From NCBI GenBank assembly GCA_964057225.1, contig OZ059895.1, forward strand, positions 12,400,001 through 12,464,000: a DNA stretch of 64,000 nt, in the 5' to 3' direction. Of the stretch, positions 20,842 to 32,800 are shown piece by piece; position 1 is the first letter of the stretch; each line of letters begins with the position of its first letter. Source of the stretch: Auanema rhodensis. Taxonomy: Eukaryota; Animalia; Nematoda. A program made the translations under genes and the position numbers. The notes beneath the pieces were generated by a model. That model was not told the DNA's origin, did no database searches, and worked only from the letters and a program-made list of their open reading frames with translations.

Positions 20842-21127
20842 TAGCTCAACCCAAGGCATCAAAATATCTTCAATCTTATTTCTATATTACATTTATAAAC
20901 CAGTAGTTTATGAACCTTCATCTTAACTTTACTGTTTCTATCTACTTCCTATTGAAACAAACGTTGTTTAAACACTATACAACTGTGAAACCTTTTTTAA
21001 TTTATTGTATTTGGAGCTCATAAGATTTGATATCATCGAGGGATTTAGATGTAACGTAGAAAATTACATAACTAACATAAAATTGGAAAAAAAACAATAA
21101 CGAGGATAAGTATGTAAATCATTGAAA

Positions 21128-21246
21128 GCTTACGACCATACCACGTTGAAAGTACGCCATCCCGTCCGATCTGGCAAGTCAAGCAACGTTGGGCCCGGTT
21201 AGTACTTGGATCGGAGACGGCTTGGGAATCCCGGGTGCCGTAAGCT
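21128..21246 (+). rRNA. 5S: 5S rRNA
   Basis: Full 119-nt copy. Confidence 0.95.
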
Positions 21247-21644
21247 TTTCAATTTTTTTTAACGATCATACCACGTTGAAAGTACGCCATGCAGCTGATT
21301 CTCAATTTTATCTCTTCCGTAACAAATGTTTTTAATTTTCCAGCAGTTTTACTTAGATAGCTCGACCCAAGGCATCAAAATATCTTTAATCTTATTTCTA
21401 TATTACATTTATAAACCAGTAGTTTATGAACCTTCATCTTAACTTTACTGTTTCTATCTATTTCCTATTAAAACAAATGTTGTTTAAACACTATACAACT
21501 GTGAAACCTTTTTTAATTTATTGTATTTGGAGCTCATAAGATTTGATATCATCGAGGGATTTAGATGTAACGTAGAAAATTACATAACTAACATGAAATT
21601 GGAAAAAAAAACAATAACGAGAATAAGTATGTAAATCATTGAAA

Positions 21645-21763
21645 GCTTACGATCATACCACGTTGAAAGTACGCCATCCCGTCCGATCTGGCAAGTCAAG
21701 CAACTTTGGGCCCGGTTAGTACTTGGATCGGAGACGGCTTGGGAATCCCGGGTGCCGTAAGCT
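21645..21763 (+). rRNA. 5S: 5S rRNA (C9T, G61T)
   Basis: Full 119-nt copy. Confidence 0.9.
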
Positions 21764-22561
21764 TTTCAAATTTATTTAACGATCATACCACGTTGAAAGT
21801 ACGCCATGCAGCTGATTCTCAATTTTATCTCTTCCGTAACAAATGTTTTTAATTTTCCAGCAGTTTTACTTAGATAGCTCAACCCAAGACATCAAAATAT
21901 CTTTAATCTTTTTTCTATATTACATTTATAAACCAGTAGTTTATAAACCTTCATCTTAACTTTACTGTTTCTATCTATTTCCTATTGAAACAAACATTGT
22001 TTAAACACTATACAACTGTGAAACCTTTTTTAATTTATTGTATTTGGAGCTCATAAGATTTGATATCATCGAGGGATTTAGATGTAACGTAGAAAATTAC
22101 ATAACTAACATGAAATTGGAAAAAAAAACAATAACGAAGATAAGTATGTAAATCATTGAATATCAGATATTTTCGCTTACGACCATACCACGTTGAAAGT
22201 ACGCCATGCAGCTGATTTTCAATTTTATCTCTTCCGTAACAAATGTTTTTAATTTTCCAGCAGTTTTACTTAGATAGCTCAACCCAAGGCATCAAAATAT
22301 CTTCAATCTTATTTCTATATTACATTTATAAACCAGTAGTTTATGAACCTTCATCTTAACTGTACTGTTTCTATCTACTTCCTATTGAAACAAACGTTGT
22401 TTAAACACTATACAACTGTGAAACCTTTTTCAATTTTTTGTATTTGGAGCTCATAAGATTTGATATCATCGAGGGATTTAGATGTAACGTAGAAAATTAC
22501 ATAACTAACATGAAATTGGAAAAAAAAACAATAACGAGAATAAGTATGTAAATCATTGAAA

Positions 22562-22680
22562 GCTTACGACCATACCACGTTGAAAGTACGCCATCCCGTC
22601 CGATCTGGCAAGTCAAGCAACGTTGGGCCCGGTTAGTACTTGGATCGGAGACGGCTTGGGAATCCCGGGTGCCGTAAGCT
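22562..22680 (+). rRNA. 5S: 5S rRNA
   Basis: Full 119-nt copy. Confidence 0.95.
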
Positions 22681-23078
22681 TTTCAAATTTATTTAACGAT
22701 CATACCACGTTGAAAGTACGCCATGCAGCTGATTCTCAATTTTATCTCTTCCGTAACAAATGTTTTTAATTTTCCAGCAGTTTTACTTAGATAGCTCGAC
22801 CCAAGGCATCAAAATATCTTTAATCTTATTTCTATATTACATTTATAAACCAGTAGTTTATGAACCTTCATCTTAACTTTACTGTTTCTATCTATTTCCT
22901 ATTAAAACAAATGTTGTTTAAACACTATACAACTGTGAAACCTTTTTTAATTTATTGTATTTGGAGCTCATAAGATTTGATATCATCGAGGGATTTAGAT
23001 GTAACGTAGAAAATTACATAACTAACATGAAATTGGAAAAAAAAACAATAACGAGAATAAGTATGTAAATCATTGAAA

Positions 23079-23197
23079 GCTTACGATCATACCACGTTGA
23101 AAGTACGCCATCCCGTCCGATCTGGCAAGTCAAGCAACTTTGGGCCCGGTTAGTACTTGGATCGGAGACGGCTTGGGAATCCCGGGTGCCGTAAGCT
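23079..23197 (+). rRNA. 5S: 5S rRNA (C9T, G61T)
   Basis: Full 119-nt copy. Confidence 0.9.
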
Positions 23198-23995
23198 TTT
23201 CAAATTTATTTAACGATCATACCACGTTGAAAGTACGCCATGCAGCTGATTCTCAATTTTATCTCTTCCGTAACAAATGTTTTTAATTTTCCAGCAGTTT
23301 TACTTAGATAGCTCAACCCAAGACATCAAAATATCTTTAATCTTTTTTCTATATTACATTTATAAACCAGTAGTTTATAAACCTTCATCTTAACTTTACT
23401 GTTTCTATCTATTTCCTATTGAAACAAACATTGTTTAAACACTATACAACTGTGAAACCTTTTTTAATTTATTGTATTTGGAGCTCATAAGATTTGATAT
23501 CATTGAGGGATTTAGATGTAACGTAGAAAATTACATAACTAACATGAAATTGGAAAAAAAAACAATAACGAAGATAAGTATGTAAATCATTGAATATCAG
23601 ATATTTTCGCTTACGACCATACCACGTTGAAAGTACGCCATGCAGCTGATTTTCAATTTTATCTCTTCCGTAACAAATGTTTTTAATTTTCCAGCAGTTT
23701 TACTTAGATAGCTCAACCCAAGGCATCAAAATATCTTCAATCTTATTTCTATATTACATTTATAAACCAGTAGTTTATGAACCTTCATCTTAACTGTACT
23801 GTTTCTATCTACTTCCTATTGAAACAAACGTTGTTTAAACACTATACAACTGTGAAACCTTTTTCAATTTTTTGTATTTGGAGCTCATAAGATTTGATAT
23901 CATCGAGGGATTTAGATGTAACGTAGAAAATTACATAACTAACATGAAATTGGAAAAAAAAACAATAACGAGAATAAGTATGTAAATCATTGAAA

Positions 23996-24114
23996 GCTTA
24001 CGACCATACCACGTTGAAAGTACGCCATCCCGTCCGATCTGGCAAGTCAAGCAACGTTGGGCCCGGTTAGTACTTGGATCGGAGACGGCTTGGGAATCCC
24101 GGGTGCCGTAAGCT
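23996..24114 (+). rRNA. 5S: 5S rRNA
   Basis: Full 119-nt copy. Confidence 0.95.
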
Positions 24115-24924
24115 TTTCAAATTTATTTAACGATCATACCACGTTGAAAGTACGCCATGCAGCTGATTCTCAATTTTATCTCTTCCGTAACAAATGTTTT
24201 TAATTTTCCAGCAGTTTTACTTAGATAGCTCAACCCAAGACATCAAAATATCTTTAATCTTTTTTCTATATTACATTTATAAACCAGTAGTTTATAAACC
24301 TTCATCTTAATTTTACTGTTTCTATCTATTTCCTATTGAAACAAACATTGTTTAAACACTATACAACTGTGAAACCTTTTTTAATTTATTGTATTTGGAG
24401 CTCATAAGATTTGATATCATTGAGGGATTTAGATGTAACGTAGAAAATTACATAACTAACATGAAATTGAAAAAAAAAACAATAACGAGGATAAGTATGT
24501 AAATCATTGAATATCAGATATTTTTGCTCACGACCATACCACGTTGAAAGTACGCCATGCAGCTGATTTTCAATTTTATCTCTTCCGTAACAAATGTTTT
24601 TAATTTTCCAGCAGTTTTACTTAGATTGCTCAACCCAAGGCATCAAAATATCTTCAATCTTATTTCTATATAACATTTATAAATCAGTAGTTTATGAACC
24701 TTCATCTTAACTTTACTGTTTCTATCTATTTCCTATTGAAACAAACGTTGTTCAAACACTAAACAACTGTGAAACCTTTTTTAATTTATTGTATTTGGAG
24801 CTCATAAGATTTGATATCATCGAGGAATTCAGATGTAACGTAGAAAATTACATAACTAACATGAAATTGGAAAAAAAACAATAACGAGGATAAGTATGTA
24901 AATCATTGAATATCAGGTATTTTC

Positions 24925-25043
24925 GCTTACGACCATACCACGTTGAAAGTACGCCATCCCGTCCGATCTGGCAAGTCAAGCAACGTTGGGCCCGGTTAGT
25001 ACTTGGATCGGAGACGGCTTGGGAATCCCGGGTGCCGTAAGCT
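24925..25043 (+). rRNA. 5S: 5S rRNA
   Basis: Full 119-nt copy. Confidence 0.95.
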
Positions 25044-26223
25044 TTTCAAATTTTTTTAACGATCATACCACGTTGAAAGTACGTCATGCAGCTGATTTTC
25101 AATTTTATCTCTTCCGTAACAAATGTTTTCAATTTTCCAGCAGTTTTACTTAGATAGCTCAACCGAAGGCAGCGAACTATCTCTAATCTTATTCCTATAT
25201 TACAGTTATAAACCAGTAGTTTATGAACCTTCATCTTAACTTTACTGTTTCTATCTATTTCCTATTGAAACAAACATTGTTTAAACACAATACAACTGTG
25301 AAACCTTTTTTAATTTATTGTATTTGGATCTCATAAGATTTGATATCATCGAGGGATTTAAATGTAACGTAGAAAATTACATAACTAACATGAAATTGGA
25401 AAAAAAACTTTTACTTAGATAGCTCAACCCAAGGCATCAAAATATCTTCAATCTTATTTCTATATTACAGTTATAAACCAGTAGTTTATGAACCTTCATC
25501 TTAACTTTACTGTTTCTATCTATTTCCTATTGAAACAAACATTGTTTAAACACTATACAACTGTGAAACCTTTTTTAATTTATTGTATTTGGATCTCATA
25601 AGATTTGATATCATCGAGGGATTTAGATGTAACGTAGAAAATTACATAACTAACACGAAATTGGAAAAAAAACAATAACGAGGATAAGTATGTAAATCAT
25701 TGAATATCAGATTTTTTCGCTTACGACCATACCACGTTTAAAGTACGCCATGCAGCTGATTTTCAATTTAATCTCTTCCGTAACAAATGTTTTTAATTTT
25801 CCAGCAGTTTTACTTAGATAGCTCAACCCAAGGCATCAAAATATCTTCAATCTTATTTCTATATTACAGTTATAAACCAGTAGTTTATGAACCTTCATCT
25901 TAACTTTAACCTTCATCTTAACTAACAAATGTTTTTAATTTTCCAGCAGTTTTACTTAGATAGCTCAACCCAAGGCATCAAAATATCTTCAATCTTATTT
26001 CTATATTACAGTTATAAACCAGTAGTTTATGAACCTTCATCTTAACTTTACTGTTTCTATCTATTTCCTATTGAAACAAACATTGTTTAAACACTATACA
26101 ACTGTGAAACCTTTTTTAATTTATTGTATTTGGATCTCATAAGATTTGATATCATCGAGGGATTCAGATGTAACGTAGAAAATTACATAACTAACATGAA
26201 ATTGGAAAAAAAACAATAACGAG

Positions 26224-26290
26224 TGTCGCGATAAGCGAGTGAGTTTGTATAATTTTTTTATCTTCAACAATTGTTTTATTTGTTTCTCCT

Positions 26291-26338
<48 letters not shown>

Positions 26339-26588
26339 TTCTTCTTTCTTCTAACTTCCTAAGTAATTTTTATCCATACCACATGTTGTGTTATACATGT
26401 GGCATGACTAACTCTTTGTTTCAGGCTGACGACCGCCCACGAGAAGAGATCAGTCTTACTTTTTCAACGTTCGCAGTCAGTGATTTTATTCCGTGCTTGT
26501 CTTGTTAATTCATCAATAAACCCTTTTCTACATATTCGCTTTGTGTTTTACTTCCAACCATACTATACACTTGTGGTATAACGCCACA
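26224..26588 (+). repeat. BEL 5' LTR (365 bp) with (TC)21 microsatellite
   Basis: TGTCGCG...CGCCACA. Appears identical to the 3' LTR except for 8 extra TC units; AATAAA at 26515-26520. Confidence 0.95.
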
Positions 26589-26591
26589 AAT

Positions 26592-26603
26592 TGGTGCATC
26601 GGC
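26592..26603 (+). promoter_or_regulatory. Primer-binding site complementary to the tRNA-Gly(GCC) 3' end
   Basis: TGGTGCATCGGC, separated from the LTR by 3 nt, is the reverse complement of GCCGATGCA-CCA of invertebrate tRNA-Gly as recalled. Confidence 0.82.
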
Positions 26604-26877
26604 TAGTTTAGATCTTAGCCGCTTTAAGTCCCGCGTGGCAGGTGAGATACAACTCGAACCAAGCGTGTTTGAGCAAAAAAACATACTTAATAAAAATCGT
26701 GGCGATCATAAGTCCACGTCAAGTCACACCAAACAGACTTGAACAATAAGCAAACTCTGAAATTAGAAACAGAGGTTTCAATTTCCTTACGTTCACATAT
26801 ACTGTGATCACCAAACAAACAAAGAAAAAAGAAAACAAAAAAGGAATATAAGCATTATTCCTACATCTACAACAAAA

Positions 26878-29800
26878 ATGTCACTCCTTTTTGTCAATCA
26901 TATCAAACAATCTAACCAGTTTCTTGGAGAACTGCTTACACGATACGAGATGGAAGTGAAGGACCTTCCTGGTATTCTGGTAGATTGCGACTTCCACACT
27001 GAGGAAGAAGAGGAAACCCTCTCTTGCCTTATCATTCGCTGGACAAAAGTCCAACACCAATTCAAAGAATCGTTGAAAAATCATCAAGATAACGAGAAAA
27101 AATTCCAAAAATTTTACGAAGCATCAGACAAAACGCTTCGTAAAGCATTAGACGAACAGTACATCGCCTTCACATCCGATGAAGACTTTGAACCCAACAT
27201 TAAAAAGGTTCAAAACGCCATTATTGAGCTTGACGAACACATCATGAAAGCCGAACGCATACTTAGAAAGCTGAGAAAAACGCTTCATAAGAATGAATCT
27301 GAGCACAACAGCAATTGCTCAACAGAAAATAATGATACAGAAAACAAATCGAATGATCAATTTCTGGAAATTATCAAGTCATTCCTACACATCCAACAAA
27401 CTAGCATCCAAAAACCAGCGATGTCGCTACCTACATTTGATGGCAAACCAGAGAACTTCAAATCATTCTGGGGCCGTTTTGATAGACTTGTTCATGATAA
27501 TGAACAGTTTACAACCTTAGAAAAGGTAAACCTACTCTGTGAAAGCCTCAAAGGCAATTCACAAATAGCAATCAGAGGAATAGAACCCTCTGCTCAAAAT
27601 TATGAGCTCATGCGTGAAGCATTAGTTTCTGAATTTGGAGACTATTCGTCGGATATCAACTCTCTTTTAACACAACTACATAATTTGAGATTTGCAAGCA
27701 ATAATGCAAAAGCATGCAAAGAAACATTTGGAGAAACCAAGGCACTTATCAGGCAAATTGAAGCAGCCGGAGCTACAGTATCCCGCGAAATGTGTACCGC
27801 GATGATTCTCAACAAATTCCCATACCACATCGTGGAAGACATTCTAATTCATCCAAACAACTACCATTCTACTAAAGAAATGCTGGCAGCTGTAGACCAT
27901 AAAATCTATTCGTTTATTCTAAAAGAACAAACAAGAAATAGTCATGAACAAAAGTTTCGAAATCACAAAGACAATGTCACATCTGTTTCACATAAAGACA
28001 GCACTGCAGAACAACGGAAAACCCAAACTTGGCCATGTGTCTTTTGCGACTCATCCGAGCATCGTTTTTATCAATGCACCACATTTGAAACACCAGAGAA
28101 AAGAAGGTACCGCATTCGCGGAAAGGCCATCTGTTGGATTTGCTTTTCCGATAAACACAAAAGTTCGGAATGCAGAAAACAAAAATGTCGCAATTGCCAA
28201 GGAGATCATAATTCCGCCTTGTGCTCACAAGGAAGAAAAAGTGTACAAAATATCCAAAAAGATAAAGAAACTCCCACAATTAAAAAAGATCAGGCTTTAC
28301 TGATCACCACAGAAGAATTATTGAATAAAAAAACAACAGAATATAAACAAGACTCTGACACTAATAATCGAATCCCTACTGAGGCACTTAATGCACCAGT
28401 ATCGCTTAATCACATTGCCGACACCCATAATATTGAAGAAAGTCAAGTAATATTACGAACAGCAATGGCGAACATATACAACCACAATAGTAAAAAATAT
28501 GAGCAAGTACGCATGCTCATAGATGAAGGATCCATGAGATCTTTTATATCCAAGGACTTATCCACTAAGTTAGGATTGCCCATCCTTGGTTCTCAAAAGA
28601 AAACCTTTTACGGTATCGGAGCATTGTCCGAAACGCACGAAGTTCAGGACGTAAAGGTAATTATTGGAACCTCAAGTGGATCCCTTATCGTAACAAAACT
28701 ATTCACCAAACCCATGTTAACCACACCCATACGTTGTCCAAAACTATCTAAAGAAGACTTGAAATTTATAAAGACAAGAAAAATAAAATTAGCCAATCCA
28801 CAAACAAACGGAGAATTATTTACTCCGGATATACTGATAGGTATGGATAGATACAAACTGTTCATGCATTTAAACGAAGAAACCGAACTCCCCTCACGTA
28901 TGAGATTGAAAAATTCGGTATTCGACCACATGATACATGGAGAAGCTCCTCTTCCCGATGATAATACACAACAAGAAGTAATATTATGCTCTACAGTAGA
29001 AGAAATAACAAAAGAAACCTGTCATAAAGAACTCCTCACTAATCTGTTTGAACTGGATTCTATCGGCATCAATACAGAAAATGCCAACGCAGACCGCACT
29101 ATTGATTACTATGAAGAATACTCAAAATATATAAAAATTGAGAACAACCGTATTATTGCACCGTTCCCGTTAAAAAATAACTTCAAAAATCTTAAAAACA
29201 ACAAAATGCCCGCGTACCATAGATTCGTATCCCTATGGCGAAAGTTACTGCACAATCCAGAAATGCTCTCACACTATACTACAACCATTGAAAGTTACCT
29301 CAAAGATAACATTGTCGAACAAATTCCCAACAATCACCAGGAGCCTTTAGAGTTTTATATGCCCCACCATGGGGTTTGGAAGCCCAGCAAGGCTAACCCT
29401 CTCAGAATCGTTTTTGACGCCTCCGCTAAACAGAAAGACAGCCCGTCGTTGAATGAGATAATACACACAGGACGATCATTTATCACATATATACACGACA
29501 TCATGATCTCCTGCAGAACAAGACCAATATTAATAACATGCGATATCAAAGCCGCATTTTTACAAATACAACTGACAGAGAATCACAAAAATCTATGCAA
29601 ATTCTTTTGGATAAAAAACAAAGAATACCCAATATCTCACAACAATATCATAACCCTTCGATTCAACAGATTACCGTTCGGTATCACTGCATCCCCCAGC
29701 GTATTGAACATGGGCATAAAATGGTTCTTAGAATCAAAAGTAGACAACCCATTAGCTATGGAAATACTGAACAACTTATACGTTGACAATATCATTCTTA

Positions 29801-32800
29801 CAGCAAATACAACAGCAGAAGCTATAAAGAAATGTAAAGAAACCCAAAAACTATTCACAGAAATAAACATGCATGTTCGCGAATTCTTGTCAAACGACGA
29901 ACAAGTAATACAGAACCTTAATGAAGAAGACAGATATCCGAACATGACAACCAAAATACTTGGCATATCTTTTAATAAAGAACACGACTCCTTCATTATC
30001 CCAATAAAAATAACAACGACTCACACAAGTTACACCAAGAGAATTCTACTCAGTCAGCTACACTCAATATTTGATCCCATTGGATTAGCAGCACCATTAC
30101 TGTTACCTCTCAAACTTATCTTGCGAGAAATCATAAACACAAAATTATCATGGGACCAACCCATTGAATCAGATAATATCAAACAATGGGAACAACATAT
30201 TAATCACATTAACAATCAGCAATTGACCATGAGAAGATATTTTAAATTCTCTGAACATACAACACAGTTATGGGTCTTTGCTGACGCAAGCAACCAAGCC
30301 ATGGCCGCATGTTCATATTTCCAAACAAACGAGCAGATTAGTTCTCTGCTCAACGGTAAATCCCGCATAGCACCCAAAAATAAGACCACAATTCCTCGAT
30401 TAGAATTATTAGCCATCCGCTTAGCAGTACGAATGGCATTAGCTATTGTAACCATATGCCCGAAAGTGGCAAAAGTCAACATTGTAAGCGATAGCAACAT
30501 CGCGCTATCATGGATTATTTCTCTAAAATCCCTCCCACTGTTCATTAAAAATCAAACAAACATTATAAATAAACAGCTACACCAAATCAAACAAGTATGT
30601 TGCAATGTAGAATTACATCATGTACAAACCTCGTACAATACTGCAGACATCGGATCCCGAGGTGCAGACATCGAGAAACTACAAGATTCCGACTGGATAA
30701 AGGGTCCACATTGGTTAACTAAACTTTCCGCTCATAACCCTCTGACATCATTCGGCTCGCCTAAGAACTCTAACAGGAATAACGCAGAATCAGAATCGGA
30801 GCATCACAATGTGGTCCACATAATTATAGACAATCTTCCAACCGATGATATTTGGAACATTCGTGAAAACTATGATGATGTGATCAAAACAATGACAACC
30901 GTAGGAAAATTATTCAAAAAATGGTTTCTTAAAGTCCATCCTAACAACGCCAACAAGTTGCAAAAAACAAAACATCTCACATCAACAGACACGCACACTG
31001 TTGAAGACATCAACATTATTGAAAAAATTTTGATCAGTAACAGTCAATCTAATATGAGCCTTGATGACTTACAGCAAAGACATATAAATCTAAAATTCTT
31101 CAAAGATACATGGGATATTTATCGCGTAAGAAGCCGTTTACAAAATACTCTTCTTCCCGAAGAGACGAAAAACCCTATATTCCTTCTTAAAACAAACCCC
31201 ATAGTTAAAAAACTGATCAACAAAATACACAAAGACAATAATCATCAAGGCAAACATTTCACGCTTATTCAATTGAGACAAAAATTCTACATACCAAAAA
31301 TAACCGGAGTCATCAGACAAACATTGAAAAACTGTGTGACATGTAAAAGATTTCAATCACACCCTTATGAATTACCAGATATGCCATCGCTACCAAAAGA
31401 TAGAGCGATTCTTACAAGAGCATTCTTTTCAACAGGGTGTGATCTTATGGGCCCCTTCACCCTTCGAAATGGGTCTAAAGTCCATATTTGTCTGTTTACA
31501 TGCATGACAACTAGAGCAATTCACTTAGAGGTAGTCACCAATCAATCCACAGTTGCCTTTATGAATGCATTTAATAGATTTATATCACGCAGAGGTACTC
31601 CAGAAATTATGCGCAGTGACTGCGCAGGAAACTTTATTCTGAGCTCAAAAATATTAGAAACCCTTGAAAAAACCTCGGATTACAACGAAAGAAGCTTACT
31701 AAACACACTAGCACAGCAGAAAATTAAATGGATATACAACACTCCATTATCACCCTGGAAAGGTGGATGTTGGGAACGTTTAGTAGGTGTAACCAAAGCT
31801 TCACTCAAAAAATGTTTCATTCCTAGTCGAATGTCCCTGGATGACTTACACACAGCCATTGTAAAAATAGAAGCTATAATTAATACACGCCCACTCACCC
31901 ATCCACACCCAGATAATTTAGATACTCTACCCATAAGGCCAATTGACTTTTTAACATCAGCCATAAAGTTTTCATTACCTGAAAACAACGCGGATACTCA
32001 TATATTTGATATCCATAGCGATATTCAAACGATTCAATCAACAGAGCAAGCGCTAGAAGCGCTTCAATTATCAGAAGACTCAGCATCTAAATTTTGGAAA
32101 CGATTTCAAGAAGAATATCTAACAAGCTTAAAAGATATATTTAAGCATAAACACCATAGAAAAAATCACACAAACATCTTCCCCCAACCAGATGAAATAG
32201 TATTGATACAAAACGACATGTTGCCACGAGGAACATGGAAACTAGGTCGCATCATTGAAACAATCACTAGTTCAGATGGCAACATACGTTCAGCAAAAGT
32301 CGCAACAAGCAATGGAAACATAATTATTCGATCCATTAATCAGCTCTATCCACTAGAGATAAGATGCAACACTAACAGTAACAAATTCATAGAAGACAAC
32401 TCACACATAGTTCAAGAAAATAATAGCTCAACAGATAGAACCCCACATACTGATATTGTATTAGACAATATACTTTTCGATCATCCTATAGAACATACAG
32501 ATCAAACAATACATGAGAATAATAACATAAATGATGTTAGCCATAATTACGATATTGCATATGAATCAGATAACTCGCAACATGATAATACATACACTCC
32601 AGAAACAGAGAATAATGAGGATGCCACAAATGATCGACCTCAAAATAAGACAAAACAATCAGCAGTAAAAACAGCAAAATATACAGAACAAGATGATGTC
32701 ACTGAGAAGGAAATTATAAAAGCCTTCCCACTAAAAATGTCCTATGCTACACACCAAAGAAAAAATAAAATAAACCCAAAAGTAGCAGCTGACATAATGA

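Larger units (their letters stand above)
20842..26223 (+). repeat. 5S rDNA tandem array, middle segment between the two LTR elements (6 full 5S genes)
   Basis: The same monomer resumes exactly at the TSD. A 1434-bp period is visible (21128->22562->23996). Confidence 0.97.

Noticed and set aside
26239-26508. 89-aa and 73-aa ORFs in the BEL LTRs
   Set aside because: They have non-ATG starts, and the SLSLSL run comes from the TC microsatellite whose length differs between the LTRs.
28522-28533. BEL protease DEG instead of D[T/S]G as an inactivating change
   Set aside because: The catalytic Asp and Gly are kept and BEL proteases vary at this position, so it is not evidence of decay.
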